From an uncultured bacterium (lineage in GTDB: Bacteria > Zixibacteria > MSB-5A5 > GN15 > FEB-12): DNA of 64,000 bases. A program made the translations under genes and the position numbers. The notes beneath the pieces were generated by a model. That model was not told the DNA's origin. It saw nothing but the letters and a program-made list of their open reading frames with translations, and ran no database searches. Numbering within the stretch: position 1 is the first letter of the stretch; each line of letters begins with the position of its first letter. This document shows positions 1 through 10,033 of this stretch, piece after piece. The stretch spans positions 1 to 64,000 of the forward strand of contig CBDVDR010000018.1 of NCBI GenBank assembly GCA_965372795.1, read 5' to 3'.

Positions 1-2
1 GT

Positions 3-87
3 GGTGGGGTTCCCGAGTGGTCAAAGGGAACAGACTGTAAATCTGTCGGCGAAGCCTTCGAAGGTTCAAATCCTTCCCCCACCACCA
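3..87 (+). tRNA. tRNA-Tyr (GTA)
   Basis: GGTGGGG/CCCCACC acceptor stem, anticodon arm ACAGA-CTGTAAA-TCTGT, long variable arm, GGTTCAAATCC T-arm, encoded CCA. Confidence 0.97.
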
Positions 88-249
88 TTTTTAAATCATC
101 CCAAAATAATTATAAAAATAGTAATATTATTCTATAATCTGAGAACCTTTTTATAATCCTTCTGTTACAAACAATAACAAGCGGAATGTAGGCGTAATAG
201 GTCTACTAATCGCAAGCTAATTATAATCGTAACTAAGGAGAATTAAAAG

Positions 250-852
250 ATGGCACATACTTTACCAGCTTTACCGTATGCATATGATGCCCTGGAGCCG
301 TTTATTGATAAGGAAACTATGACAATTCATCATACCAAGCATCATCAAACTTATGTCGACAAGTTAAATGGGGCGCTCTCAAAATACAGTGAACTTGAAG
401 GGAAGTCAGCCGAGGAGTTAATTTCTGATTTAAGTAAGATCCCTGAAGATATTAGAGGTGCCGTTCGCAATCATGGCGGTGGTCATGCGAATCACAGTTT
501 TTTCTGGAATATTCTGAAGAAGGATGTCGCCTTTGAGGGAGATGTATCAGAGGCGATAAATTCAAAATTTGGTAGTTTAGACGGGTTTCAAGAAAAATTT
601 GCAGGTACGGCAGCAACAGTTTTCGGCAGCGGTTGGGCATGGCTGGTTTTGAATGCCGGAGAGCTTGAAATAATGGGGACGCCTAATCAGGATTCACCTT
701 TGAGTGTTGGGAAAACACCTCTGGTAGGGATTGATGTCTGGGAGCATGCTTACTATTTGAAGTATCAGAATCGTCGTCCGGAATATATCAAAGCATTCTT
801 TAGTGTCATTAACTGGCAAAAAGTGAATGAGATTTATTTGAGCTCAAAATAA
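250..852 (+). CDS. sodA: Superoxide dismutase, Mn-type signature
   Basis: [34 protein letters not shown] and DVWEHAYY motifs; AAGGAG RBS. Confidence 0.95.
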   Translation: MAHTLPALPYAYDALEPFIDKETMTIHHTKHHQTYVDKLNGALSKYSELEGKSAEELISDLSKIPEDIRGAVRNHGGGHANHSFFWNILKKDVAFEGDVSEAINSKFGSLDGFQEKFAGTAATVFGSGWAWLVLNAGELEIMGTPNQDSPLSVGKTPLVGIDVWEHAYYLKYQNRRPEYIKAFFSVINWQKVNEIYLSSK

Positions 853-880
853 TTCGTTTATAAAAATAAGAATTTTCATT

Positions 881-908
881 AAGCCGCCTTTTTGGGCGGC
901 TTTTTTTT
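881..908 (+). terminator. Rho-independent terminator after sodA
   Basis: AAGCCGCC-ttttt-g-GGCGGCTT hairpin followed by T8. Confidence 0.9.
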
Positions 909-953
909 GATCTAATTTGCTTTATCAATTTTATATACTATCTTATCCAAAAT

Positions 954-2327
954 ATGACCGAACAGAACAAAAAAATTCGTGCCGACTACACCGATGGTTC
1001 GATAATTGGCTCTATTTTGAAGATGGGTTTGCCATCAATGTTCGGCTTTTTAAGCAATAATATTTATTCTCTGGTCGATACCTATTGGGTATCGCGCCTT
1101 CCCGAAGAAGAGTCGGCGGTAGCGGCTTTGACATTTTTTGGGACAATTCTCTGGCTGTTTTTCTCCTTTAATCAATTAGTCGGACCGGGTTCGGTAGCGG
1201 TTATCTCGCGAAGGTATGGTGAAAAAGAGTATGACCTGACCGAGACAGCAATTAAAGAGACGCTGGTTTTAAAATTATTCTTTGGCTTTTTGTTTGGATT
1301 TTTGGGTTATTTTTTAGCCGAGCCAATGCTTTATTTGATGGGAGCTCGTGAATTGGCTTTGACCATGGGAGTAGAGTACGGGCAGATAATGTTTCTCGGG
1401 ATGGGAATAATGTATGCAACCTATTCGTTGTATACGGCCATGCGGGGGATTGCCAATCCGCAGATGGCGATGATTTTGATGGTTAGTTCAAATGTTTTGA
1501 ATTTACTTTTAGATCCGATTTTTATCTTTGGATATTTTGGTTTGCCAGCAATGGGAGTCAGGGGTGCGGCTTTTGCATCTTTAATAAGTTACTCGCTTAC
1601 ATTTATTGTCGGGATTTATTTGTTTTATGGCGACCATACTTCAATCAAGCTTCATCTTAAAAGCAAAATCCCAATTTCAATTGAATCAATGTGGAAACTT
1701 TTAAAAATTGGTCTGCCTGCCTGGGCTGGAAGTATTTCGTTCTCTGGAGCAAGACTGATTATTACACCGTTAATTGCAACATTTGGAACCAGTGTTGTCG
1801 CAGCTTATGGAATCGGAAATCAGATAACATCTATAGGGATTATGATTCTGGTAGGGATCGGGCTCGGGTTGTCTTCTTTGATCGGTCATAATCTTGGCTC
1901 GGGTAAAATTGAACGAGCTAAAAAGACTGCCGATCAATCTATCATTCTTGGAATTGGGATTATGACGGTTTTTGCGATAGGAACTTATGTATTTGCAGAA
2001 AACATTATCGGACTATTTTTTAAATCGCAGGAGACCATTCAAATCGGCAAGACGATGCTTGAGATATTTGCAATAGGATTTCCATTCTATGGCGCTTTTA
2101 TAATGATAGAAGAAATTCATATGGGCGTCGGTTTAAACATGCCGACAATGGTCTTTAATATAATTCACGCCTGGGTTTTGGAAGTTATCCCGATTTATTT
2201 CCTAACCCAATATTATAATTTCACACAAGCTGCTATTTGGTGGACGATTTCCTTAGCCGGGATTGTGACAGCCACTGCGTATTATATTTATTACAAACGG
2301 GGAAGATGGTTGACGAATAAAGTGTAG
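954..2327 (+). CDS. MATE family efflux transporter
   Basis: About 12 TM segments, two MATE halves; LNLLLDPIFIFG..GLPAMGVRGAAFA motif. Confidence 0.93.
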   Translation: MTEQNKKIRADYTDGSIIGSILKMGLPSMFGFLSNNIYSLVDTYWVSRLPEEESAVAALTFFGTILWLFFSFNQLVGPGSVAVISRRYGEKEYDLTETAIKETLVLKLFFGFLFGFLGYFLAEPMLYLMGARELALTMGVEYGQIMFLGMGIMYATYSLYTAMRGIANPQMAMILMVSSNVLNLLLDPIFIFGYFGLPAMGVRGAAFASLISYSLTFIVGIYLFYGDHTSIKLHLKSKIPISIESMWKLLKIGLPAWAGSISFSGARLIITPLIATFGTSVVAAYGIGNQITSIGIMILVGIGLGLSSLIGHNLGSGKIERAKKTADQSIILGIGIMTVFAIGTYVFAENIIGLFFKSQETIQIGKTMLEIFAIGFPFYGAFIMIEEIHMGVGLNMPTMVFNIIHAWVLEVIPIYFLTQYYNFTQAAIWWTISLAGIVTATAYYIYYKRGRWLTNKV

Positions 2328-2384
2328 CTTTATCGCACGATATCTAACCGCAAGTATTGCAGGGTGATATAGGTGCTGTAGCTA

Positions 2385-4094
2385 TTACTTCTTTTGTCCT
2401 TTTTGCATCCTCGCCCAGCTATCCCGCAGGGTTACGGTTCTATTAAAAATCGGTTTGGCATCGGTTGAATTGGCATCAACGCAGAAATACCCCTGACGTT
2501 CGAACTGGAATTTATCGCCCGGTTTAGCCGTTTTCAATGAGGGTTCAAGTTTACAATTTTTTAGAACTTTCAGAGAATCAGGATTTATATAATCAAGAAA
2601 AGTTTTTCCTTCTTCAGCACCGAGCGGATTTTCTATTGTAAATAGATTGTCATACATATTTAAATCAGCATCAAAGGCGTGTTTGGCAGAGACCCAGTGG
2701 AGGGTTGCTTTCACCTTACGACCATCAGGGGCAGAGCCACCTTTGGTTTCAGGGTCATAGGTGCAATGAAGCTCTGTTATGTTACCGTCATCATCTTTGA
2801 CAACCGAAGTACAGGTAATAAAATATGCATAACGGAGACGTACTTCCCGTCCGACTGTGAGGCGGAAGTATTTTTTTGGAGGGTCTTCCATGAAATCTTC
2901 CCGTTCAAGATAAATCACTTTTGAAAATGGAACTTTACGGGTTCCGGCTGATTCATCTTCAGGATTATTAATAGCATCAAGCTCTTCGACCTGATCTTCA
3001 GGATAGTTGTCAATAATGACTTTAAGGGGATTTAAAACAGCCATAGCCCGGAGTGAATTTTTATTAAGCTCCTGGCGAACATGGTATTCTAAAAGTGAAA
3101 GTTCAACCATACTGGCTCGTTTGGCTACCCCGATTCTTTCACAGAAATCCCGAATTGATTTAGATGGGAAACCGCGACGGCGTAATCCTGAAAGAGTAGG
3201 CATCCGGGGATCATCCCAATCACTGACGATGTTTTCTTCGACCAATTGGAGCAATTTACGTTTGCTTACAACAGTATAGCTTAAATTAAGACGGGCAAAT
3301 TCGGTTTGTTCGGGGTGGTAAACCTCAAGCTCTTTAAGAAACCAATTGTACAGGGGGCGGTGGTCCTCAAATTCGAGGGAACAAAGCGAGTGAGTTATTT
3401 TTTCAATCGAATCAGATAGACAATGGGTGAAATCATACATCGGGTAGATACACCATTTGTCGCCGGTTCGGTGATGAGATTTATGAAGGATACGATAAAA
3501 GACAGGGTCTCTCATATTCATATTGCCGGATGCCATATCTATTTTTGCCCGTAGGGTTTTTGAACCATCGGGGAAGTCGCCATTTTTCATTTTTTCAAAC
3601 AGATCGAGGTTTTCCTCAACGGAACGGTCGCGAAAGGGGCTGTTTTTACCCTTTTCGGTCAAAGTTCCACGGTAATCACGGATATCTTCAGGAGTCAGAT
3701 CGCAAATGTAGGCGCTGCCATTTTTGATTAACTGAATAGCAAATTCATAAAGCTGGTCAAAATAGTCTGAGGCAAAATGAAGCCGATCTCCCCAGTCAAA
3801 ACCGAGCCATTTGATGTCATCTTTAATAGAATCTACATATTTTGTATCTTCTTTAGCCGGATTGGTGTCATCAAAACGAAGATGAGTGATACCGCCCTCG
3901 ATTTCTGCTGCCACTCCAAAATCAATACAGATAGCTTTGGCGTGTCCGATATGGAGGAAACCGTTCGGTTCAGGTGGGAATCTGGTGACAACGCGTCCGC
4001 CGAATTTGTCGGATTCGATATCTTTTTTAATTTTATCTCTTATGAAATCAGAGGGGGTGTTGTTTTCGGTATTATCTAAATCTTTGGAACTCAT
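2385..4094 (-). CDS. glnS: Glutamine--tRNA ligase
   Basis: [31 protein letters not shown] and FQFERQGYF motifs. Confidence 0.97.
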   Translation of the reverse strand: MSSKDLDNTENNTPSDFIRDKIKKDIESDKFGGRVVTRFPPEPNGFLHIGHAKAICIDFGVAAEIEGGITHLRFDDTNPAKEDTKYVDSIKDDIKWLGFDWGDRLHFASDYFDQLYEFAIQLIKNGSAYICDLTPEDIRDYRGTLTEKGKNSPFRDRSVEENLDLFEKMKNGDFPDGSKTLRAKIDMASGNMNMRDPVFYRILHKSHHRTGDKWCIYPMYDFTHCLSDSIEKITHSLCSLEFEDHRPLYNWFLKELEVYHPEQTEFARLNLSYTVVSKRKLLQLVEENIVSDWDDPRMPTLSGLRRRGFPSKSIRDFCERIGVAKRASMVELSLLEYHVRQELNKNSLRAMAVLNPLKVIIDNYPEDQVEELDAINNPEDESAGTRKVPFSKVIYLEREDFMEDPPKKYFRLTVGREVRLRYAYFITCTSVVKDDDGNITELHCTYDPETKGGSAPDGRKVKATLHWVSAKHAFDADLNMYDNLFTIENPLGAEEGKTFLDYINPDSLKVLKNCKLEPSLKTAKPGDKFQFERQGYFCVDANSTDAKPIFNRTVTLRDSWARMQKGQKK

Positions 4095-4304
4095 TTCAAC
4101 CTCAAATTATCGGTTCTAATAATAGTCTTATGGCAGTTAATTAACATTATAAGTTTTTGAAGTTACTATATTTCTCATGATTTTACAATGTAAAAATGAT
4201 GTAAGCACGTTTGGTAAAAAGGTTCTTGCGTATGTAATGATTTTCCTTTAAATTCCTGCTCAAACAAAATTAAGCATTGCCCAAACGATGCTTTGCCCTT
4301 ATGT

Positions 4305-4393
4305 GCCGGAGTGGTGGAATTGGTAGACACCAGGGACTTAAAATCCCTTGCTTCGTAAGGGGCGTGCCGGTTCAAGTCCGGCCTCCGGCACCA
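4305..4393 (+). tRNA. tRNA-Leu (TAA)
   Basis: GCCGGAG/CTCCGGC acceptor stem, AGGGA-CTTAAAA-TCCCT anticodon arm, long variable arm, encoded CCA. Confidence 0.97.
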
Positions 4394-4492
4394 TTTATAA
4401 TTCTTAGTAAAAAATAGTTGATTAATCAAGACTTTACAATTAATTATATAGGACTATATTATATTAAATATATTGTTTGAAGATTAGAAGTT

Positions 4493-5029
4493 ATGAATAG
4501 TATTTATACAGTAGGATATGGATTAAAACAAATTGAAGAATTTGTTGAGGTTTTAAAGAAATATAATATCCAATACTTAATTGACGTAAGATCACGTCCA
4601 TATTCAAAATACAAGCCAGAATTTTCAAAAGAACACCTAAAGAATTATATTTCAAAACATGCTATCAATTATCTTTTTTGGGGTAAAGATATTGGAGGTC
4701 AACCAGATGATAGAGAATGCTATACAGAAGATGGTATAGTTATTTACAGCAAAATCGAGAAAAAAATATCTTATATATTAGCTATCGAAAAACTAATATT
4801 AAATATTAAAAATGGCTTAAATATATGTTTACTTTGTAGTGAAGAGTATCCTGAAAAGTGTCATCGAAGTAAGCTTATAGGAGAGACACTTTCAAAATCA
4901 GGAATTAGTATATTGCATATTTTGGATAAAAATAATTTTGTGGAACATAAAGAACTTCGCATGAAGTTTCTAAATAATAATTTGGATTTTTTCGGGGATA
5001 AAATTACTTCTAACAAGAAATATAAATAA
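4493..5029 (+). CDS. DUF488 family protein
   Basis: IYTVGYG, LIDVRSRPYS and LLCSEEYPEKCHRS motifs typical of DUF488. Confidence 0.88.
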   Translation: MNSIYTVGYGLKQIEEFVEVLKKYNIQYLIDVRSRPYSKYKPEFSKEHLKNYISKHAINYLFWGKDIGGQPDDRECYTEDGIVIYSKIEKKISYILAIEKLILNIKNGLNICLLCSEEYPEKCHRSKLIGETLSKSGISILHILDKNNFVEHKELRMKFLNNNLDFFGDKITSNKKYK

Positions 5030-5033
5030 TTTA

Positions 5034-5516
5034 ATGAATTTATTTACAATTGGAGTCTATGGATATACAGAGGATGAATTCTTTAATGCCTTAAAGACAT
5101 ATTCGATTGATATTTTCTGTGATGTTCGATTACGGAGGGGTATGAGAGGGAAAAAATATTCATTTGTGAATAGTATATATTTACAGGAAAAATTAAAAAT
5201 AATGGGAATTGAATATTTTCATTATAAAGACTTAGCACCTTCAAAAGAAATTAGAGATATTCAGAAAAGAACAGACGCTAATGTTAGAATTCAAAAACAG
5301 AAAAGAACTAGCCTTTCTGTTGATTTTAAAAAAGCATATGCAGAATCTTGCCTAATAAATTTTAAATCAGACAAATTTCTTAATAAATTTGATAATATTG
5401 GAAATAATATATTATTCTTCTGTGTCGAACAAGCTCCTGAGGCATGCCATCGTTCAATTCTTACAGACAAGCTAACTAAAGAATCAAATTCATCTTTAAC
5501 TCATATTCTATTATGA
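5034..5516 (+). CDS. DUF488 family protein (second, distinct subtype)
   Basis: LFTIG, CDVR, LAPSKEIR and FFCVEQAPEACHRS motifs. Confidence 0.85.
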   Translation: MNLFTIGVYGYTEDEFFNALKTYSIDIFCDVRLRRGMRGKKYSFVNSIYLQEKLKIMGIEYFHYKDLAPSKEIRDIQKRTDANVRIQKQKRTSLSVDFKKAYAESCLINFKSDKFLNKFDNIGNNILFFCVEQAPEACHRSILTDKLTKESNSSLTHILL

Positions 5517-6133
5517 AAGTTTTAATAGTTGCTAAAACTAAATATGGCAAAAACAATAATGATTGGTGTATAGGAGCCTTATCTGAAGAAGGAGAAAGCT
5601 TAAGACTTATTTATAATCAAGGGAATAGATTTCATCCGCATAATACTGAATACAAAATCGGAGGATTATGGAACATTGATTATTCGAGAAGTACTAAAAT
5701 AATTAATCCTCATGTAGAAGATGTCCTTGTTAACAGCAAAAAATATTTAGGGGAGGTAACTAATATAAGGTCATATATATTAGACAGAATTAAACCTTGG
5801 AGTAATAATATTTCAACTGTGTTTGATGGTGCTCTTGAATTAAATAAAAATAGTTTATATGTACCCCATAATTCAAATTTACCTGACAGAAGCACATGGT
5901 TCTGGCTTTCAAATGTTAATCTAGTAAAAGATATTGATCATTGGAATAATTTTAGATACGAAATTTCAAATGAAGGCCAATTCTCCTCAGTAAAATATAT
6001 TGGAGAGTTGGATGAAAAGGATTGCCCAGAAACATTGCCTTGTGATACTTTAATTCGACTTTCTTTGTCAGGAGTTTGGGAACCACCAAACGGTCCAAAT
6101 GGATTTTGGTTACAAATCTCAGGCTGGTATTAG
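5513..6133 (+). CDS. Dual OB-fold-containing domain protein (putative)
   Basis: N-terminal VLIVAKT..CIGA..SLRL..PHVED pattern recalled for the dual-OB family found beside DUF488; ATGA overlap with the upstream gene. Confidence 0.7.
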   Translation: MKVLIVAKTKYGKNNNDWCIGALSEEGESLRLIYNQGNRFHPHNTEYKIGGLWNIDYSRSTKIINPHVEDVLVNSKKYLGEVTNIRSYILDRIKPWSNNISTVFDGALELNKNSLYVPHNSNLPDRSTWFWLSNVNLVKDIDHWNNFRYEISNEGQFSSVKYIGELDEKDCPETLPCDTLIRLSLSGVWEPPNGPNGFWLQISGWY

Positions 6134-6148
6134 ATAGTTTTTCGGTTT

Positions 6149-6171
6149 TTCAAGTCCGGCCTCCGGCACCA
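6149..6171 (+). repeat. att-like direct repeat of the tRNA-Leu(TAA) 3' end
   Basis: Exact 23-bp match to 4371-4393. Confidence 0.95.
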
Positions 6172-6429
6172 ATTTTAACATCATGTCAACATCTAATTCC
6201 GCACTATTTAAAATTAAGCAGCTTATTTTTATTGTTTTTTTTGATTTCATGTTTTATTATAGACTTAACGAGTCCAAAAAAAGGTCACCAAATTTAATAC
6301 ATAAGATGATACAGCAGGGTTTGCTGACCAAGATTTAGATTTTTTTTATAAATTAGCACAGCTTCTCAGAGAAAACATTTTTGGCTATACAAGTTTAACT
6401 GAATTTTTAAACGTAGAGGGAGTCAAATT

Positions 6430-6732
6430 ATGGGTAAACTAAACCAAGCTCAGTGTGAAAATTTAATTTTTCAATTTTTTCTTCACAAGAATTTTCTTCC
6501 CCCCGGTACTGACAATACTAACTGGGGTGATGTAACCATTAAAGGTCTTGCCCTTGATGATCCGCCCCTTGATAATGATCCCAATTTCCACAAGCGTAAA
6601 GTATCATTGGAGTTGCAAAGTTTCGCCTCAATCCTGGGCGGTCAATTGAAATCCCCAATCGATTTTTTGAAAAAACCTGAAAAGACATTAATGGAATTTG
6701 CTACTTGGTGTAGTGAAAATAACGAGGGATGA
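6430..6732 (+). CDS. Hypothetical protein, possible acyl-carrier-like helical fold
   Basis: GAGGGAG RBS; ATGA overlap with the next gene; fold is only suggested by sequence pattern. Confidence 0.7.
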   Translation: MGKLNQAQCENLIFQFFLHKNFLPPGTDNTNWGDVTIKGLALDDPPLDNDPNFHKRKVSLELQSFASILGGQLKSPIDFLKKPEKTLMEFATWCSENNEG

Positions 6733-7688
6733 TTATGAAAAAGAAAATAATTTTTATACTGATTATGCTTGTCGCTTTTTCGGTGACGGTTGAGACTATA
6801 TGTTCTCAATCAAAAAGAGATTTTAAATATGATTTTGATCTCCGAAACGGGGGAGAAGAAAATATTATCGGTATCGATTATAAGTTGGACTATGAATTAT
6901 CAGAAAAAGTAATTGCCGGGCATAATTTTAACTGGATTATCGGAGCCAAAGGGTATCGTGATTTTAACTCCGAGGTGGCAAGCGGAGATTATCTTAATTT
7001 TAGTGTTAAGTTTCAGGGATATTATTTCATCTCCGGGATGAATGAAGACCTCGACCTTCGGTTAAAGCGTGAATGGTTAGAGATAGGCAAAACGCCGCCC
7101 GACCTTCAGTCGAAAAAAGAATTAGCGCGAATGAGTGAAATCACTACTCAAATCCTTGGAGTCGGATCAAGATATATTTCCTATGATCTTCATTATTTAT
7201 ATGAAAACAATCAGGATTTTACAATTCCGCAGCATGTCTTTGGTGCCGGGGTTAGTTTCGAGATTCCATATTTGCATGAGCTGATCGATTTTGTTCCATC
7301 AATTTCAAGGGAGCCGTTTATAGAATTCAGTCCCCACCCAATTCGAGCTTACGCCGGATTCAATTATGTAACTGATTCCAAAGTTGCTGAAAATGACCCT
7401 GCGACTGATTCCAAAAATTATGGACGGTTGGATATTGAATTAGCCTGGCGCACGCTTGTTCTGGATAATCAAATTCTACGGATTAAATGGCAGGCTCATT
7501 ATCTGGTTGATGAACCGAACACTTTCGATGTTAACGGTAAAGATTTTAACTCATTTGTAGAGGTAGAATTACTATCATTATTGAATAATAACTTAGGTGT
7601 TATATTGAAGTATCTTGAAGGTCGCATCGGTCCGGCTTATGAGCAAACATCAGGTGGTTTTGTTGGATTAAGTTATTTACTTAAATAA
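6729..7688 (+). CDS. Secreted hypothetical protein, probable outer-membrane beta-barrel
   Basis: MKKKIIFILIMLVAFSV signal peptide; alternating aromatic beta-strands; C-terminal FVGLSYLLK. Confidence 0.7.
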   Translation: MIMKKKIIFILIMLVAFSVTVETICSQSKRDFKYDFDLRNGGEENIIGIDYKLDYELSEKVIAGHNFNWIIGAKGYRDFNSEVASGDYLNFSVKFQGYYFISGMNEDLDLRLKREWLEIGKTPPDLQSKKELARMSEITTQILGVGSRYISYDLHYLYENNQDFTIPQHVFGAGVSFEIPYLHELIDFVPSISREPFIEFSPHPIRAYAGFNYVTDSKVAENDPATDSKNYGRLDIELAWRTLVLDNQILRIKWQAHYLVDEPNTFDVNGKDFNSFVEVELLSLLNNNLGVILKYLEGRIGPAYEQTSGGFVGLSYLLK

Positions 7689-7703
7689 ACAACTTAAATT
7701 GTA

Positions 7704-8684
7704 TTATTCAGTATAAACCGGTTTTTGACCAAGCATTTTGATAAAATCTTCAACCAGTTTTGAATCAAGACCGCTCTCTTTTTCAAACATTTCTTTTAAA
7801 GCCGGAAAAGTTTCTATAGCCGGTCGATAGATCTTTTCAGTTGTCATAGCATCAAAGACATCAGCAATTCCGACAATTTTGCCATAGAGATGGATTTCGT
7901 CTGATTGTAAATTATTAGGATACCCTGAACCATCTTCTCTTTCATGGTGCTGAAGGATGGGAATTAAAGATTCTTCAGGAAGAATATCAGCTTTTTTCAT
8001 TAAATCATAACCCCATTGCGGGTGTTTTTTGATTAAATTCATTTCATCATCTGTTAGAGAGCCTCTTTTATTAAGGATAGCTTCCGGAATTTTAGTTTTT
8101 CCGATATCATGCAATAGCGCCCCGGTACCCAGAATAATTAATTTATCGGATTCTTTAATCCCAAGATAGTTGGCAAAAGTTATTGAAAGGGTGCTTACAT
8201 TAACAGAGTGAGTAAAAGTTGAATAATCAAATGACATAACATTTAAAAGATCAAAGAGGGGATTGCGTCCCTGGAAAATAAAAAATATAATTGATTCAAC
8301 TAATGTTTGACTTCGTTTAATATTGCTTGGGTTAGTAGGAGAAGAGAAAACATCGCTGACAACTAATTTAACAGCATCATAAATAATTGTAGCTTTTGAA
8401 TGATCAGTAATCAATTCATCCCTGAGGATCGTGTTTATATTTTTTTCTAAATATACCTGAAACTTTTTTCTATTATTTACATGAATTAATAAGGTTTTGA
8501 TTTTATTCTCCAGCAGAGATAATCTATTTTCTTCTGTAAAGGGTAATTCAGAAGAACGGTACAAGACTACTTTTGTGCCACTTTCCAGATATAAATCAAA
8601 ATCGAGTATTTCATTTATTATCAGTGATGTCAGTTGAATTATGAAATAGTCTTTGTGTTTAATAGTTGATTCTACTATTTGCAT
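7704..8684 (-). CDS. HD-GYP domain cyclic-di-GMP phosphodiesterase
   Basis: HSVNV, LLHDIGK, HHEREDGSGYP and ADVFDAMT motifs. Confidence 0.92.
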   Translation of the reverse strand: MQIVESTIKHKDYFIIQLTSLIINEILDFDLYLESGTKVVLYRSSELPFTEENRLSLLENKIKTLLIHVNNRKKFQVYLEKNINTILRDELITDHSKATIIYDAVKLVVSDVFSSPTNPSNIKRSQTLVESIIFFIFQGRNPLFDLLNVMSFDYSTFTHSVNVSTLSITFANYLGIKESDKLIILGTGALLHDIGKTKIPEAILNKRGSLTDDEMNLIKKHPQWGYDLMKKADILPEESLIPILQHHEREDGSGYPNNLQSDEIHLYGKIVGIADVFDAMTTEKIYRPAIETFPALKEMFEKESGLDSKLVEDFIKMLGQKPVYTE

Positions 8685-8779
8685 TTAGACTCTTTCTGTG
8701 CTCTTATTAAAATGGAGTATGTTTATACTTATTTAATCGGAGATTCAAGATAATATATTACATTATATAAAATATTATT

Positions 8780-10018
8780 TTAGTCTGCTGCTGAAATTCC
8801 CGCAAGGTAACCGGTCGAAAAGGCAGCCTGGAGATTGTATCCGCCAGTATTTCCATCAAGATCAAGGATCTCACCGGCAATAAACAGATTCTTTATTATT
8901 TTTGATTCCATTGTTCTGGGGTTAATCTCTTTTAGATTAACTCCTCCGGCAGTAATTATTGCCTCATTAAAGGAGCGGAAACCGGTAACTTCAAATCTGA
9001 AATCTTTAAACCAGAGACGGAGTCGTTTACGTTCTTCGGAAGTTATCTGATGTGCAATTTTATCTCCGGCGATTTTGGTCTGGTCAATACAAATCTGAAT
9101 CAGTTTATTGGGAAGAAGGTTTTTTAAGATTGATTTGAATTGCTGGCGGTTGTTTTCTTTGAATTCATTTAATAATCGGTTTTCCAGTTTTTTATTATCC
9201 AAAGCCGATTTAAGGTCAAATGATAACGTGACTGTTTTATTTTCTGATAAAGCATCTACAATCTGACGGCTGATGGTTAAAATGATGGGACCGGAAAGAC
9301 CAAAATGGGTAAAGAGCATCTCACCGAAAATTTCATTTTTCTTTTTGTTATCGATAAGTAATTTTAAAGATACATTTTTCAGACTTAGCCCCTGTAATCT
9401 TTGAGCGGTATCTCCGGATGTTTCAATCGGGACTAATGCCGGTCTTATCGGGACGATTTTGTGTCCGAAATTTTGGAGAATTTTATAACCATCCCCGGTT
9501 GATCCGGTAGCGGGGTAGGAGGCTCCTCCGGCGCACAGGATAACTTTGTCAGCCGGATAAGAGCGGTCTTTGGTTTTGACGCCTTTGATTATATTATCTT
9601 CTACTAATAAAGAAGTACATTGTGAATTAGGTATTATTTTGACATTTTTTTTGAGTACCCATTTGATCAATGCATCAACAACATCTTCGGCAAGTTCGCT
9701 TTTGGGGAAGATCCGCTGTCCCCGCTCAATGTTGGTTGGAACGCCTTGCTTTTCAAAAAATTTAACCAAATCCTGGTTAAAAAATTTGGAGAATGCTTGA
9801 TGCAAAAATTTGCCGTTCCGTCCAAACTGATTTATGAATTCGGGGAGAGATGAGTCGTTTGATAAGTTACAGCGTCCTTTACCGGTAATCCTTAGTTTTC
9901 TACCACAACGGCTTTTTTTTTCAAGGATTGTAACGCTGGCGCCATGTATTGCTGCCTGGCCGGCAGCCATTAGACCGGATGCTCCTCCGCCAATAACGAT
10001 AATATTATTTTTTGTCAT
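8780..10018 (-). CDS. HI0933/YhiN(BaiN)-family flavoprotein oxidoreductase
   Basis: GGGASGLMAA, GRKLRITGKGRCN, LFTHFGLSGP and TGGYNLQAAFSTG motifs. Confidence 0.93.
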   Translation of the reverse strand: MTKNNIIVIGGGASGLMAAGQAAIHGASVTILEKKSRCGRKLRITGKGRCNLSNDSSLPEFINQFGRNGKFLHQAFSKFFNQDLVKFFEKQGVPTNIERGQRIFPKSELAEDVVDALIKWVLKKNVKIIPNSQCTSLLVEDNIIKGVKTKDRSYPADKVILCAGGASYPATGSTGDGYKILQNFGHKIVPIRPALVPIETSGDTAQRLQGLSLKNVSLKLLIDNKKKNEIFGEMLFTHFGLSGPIILTISRQIVDALSENKTVTLSFDLKSALDNKKLENRLLNEFKENNRQQFKSILKNLLPNKLIQICIDQTKIAGDKIAHQITSEERKRLRLWFKDFRFEVTGFRSFNEAIITAGGVNLKEINPRTMESKIIKNLFIAGEILDLDGNTGGYNLQAAFSTGYLAGISAAD

Positions 10019-10033
10019 ATTTATCAGTCAGAT

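Larger units (their letters stand above)
4371..6171. mobile_element. tRNA-integrated low-GC mini-island or cassette with no integrase
   Basis: Identical 23-bp TTCAAGTCCGGCCTCCGGCACCA at 4371-4393 (tRNA 3' end) and 6149-6171; the interior is visibly AT-richer than the flanks (e.g. 14/60 GC in 4501-4560). Confidence 0.85.

Noticed and set aside
4175..4429. 84-aa minus-strand ORF
   Set aside because: Antisense shadow of tRNA-Leu(TAA).
4418..4429. FNR box at TTGATTAATCAA
   Set aside because: The spacer is 2 nt instead of 4; it could be chance in very AT-rich DNA.
6076..6297. 73-aa ORF across the att repeat
   Set aside because: It overlaps the dual-OB gene end and the tRNA fragment, with no RBS and no integrase-like motifs.
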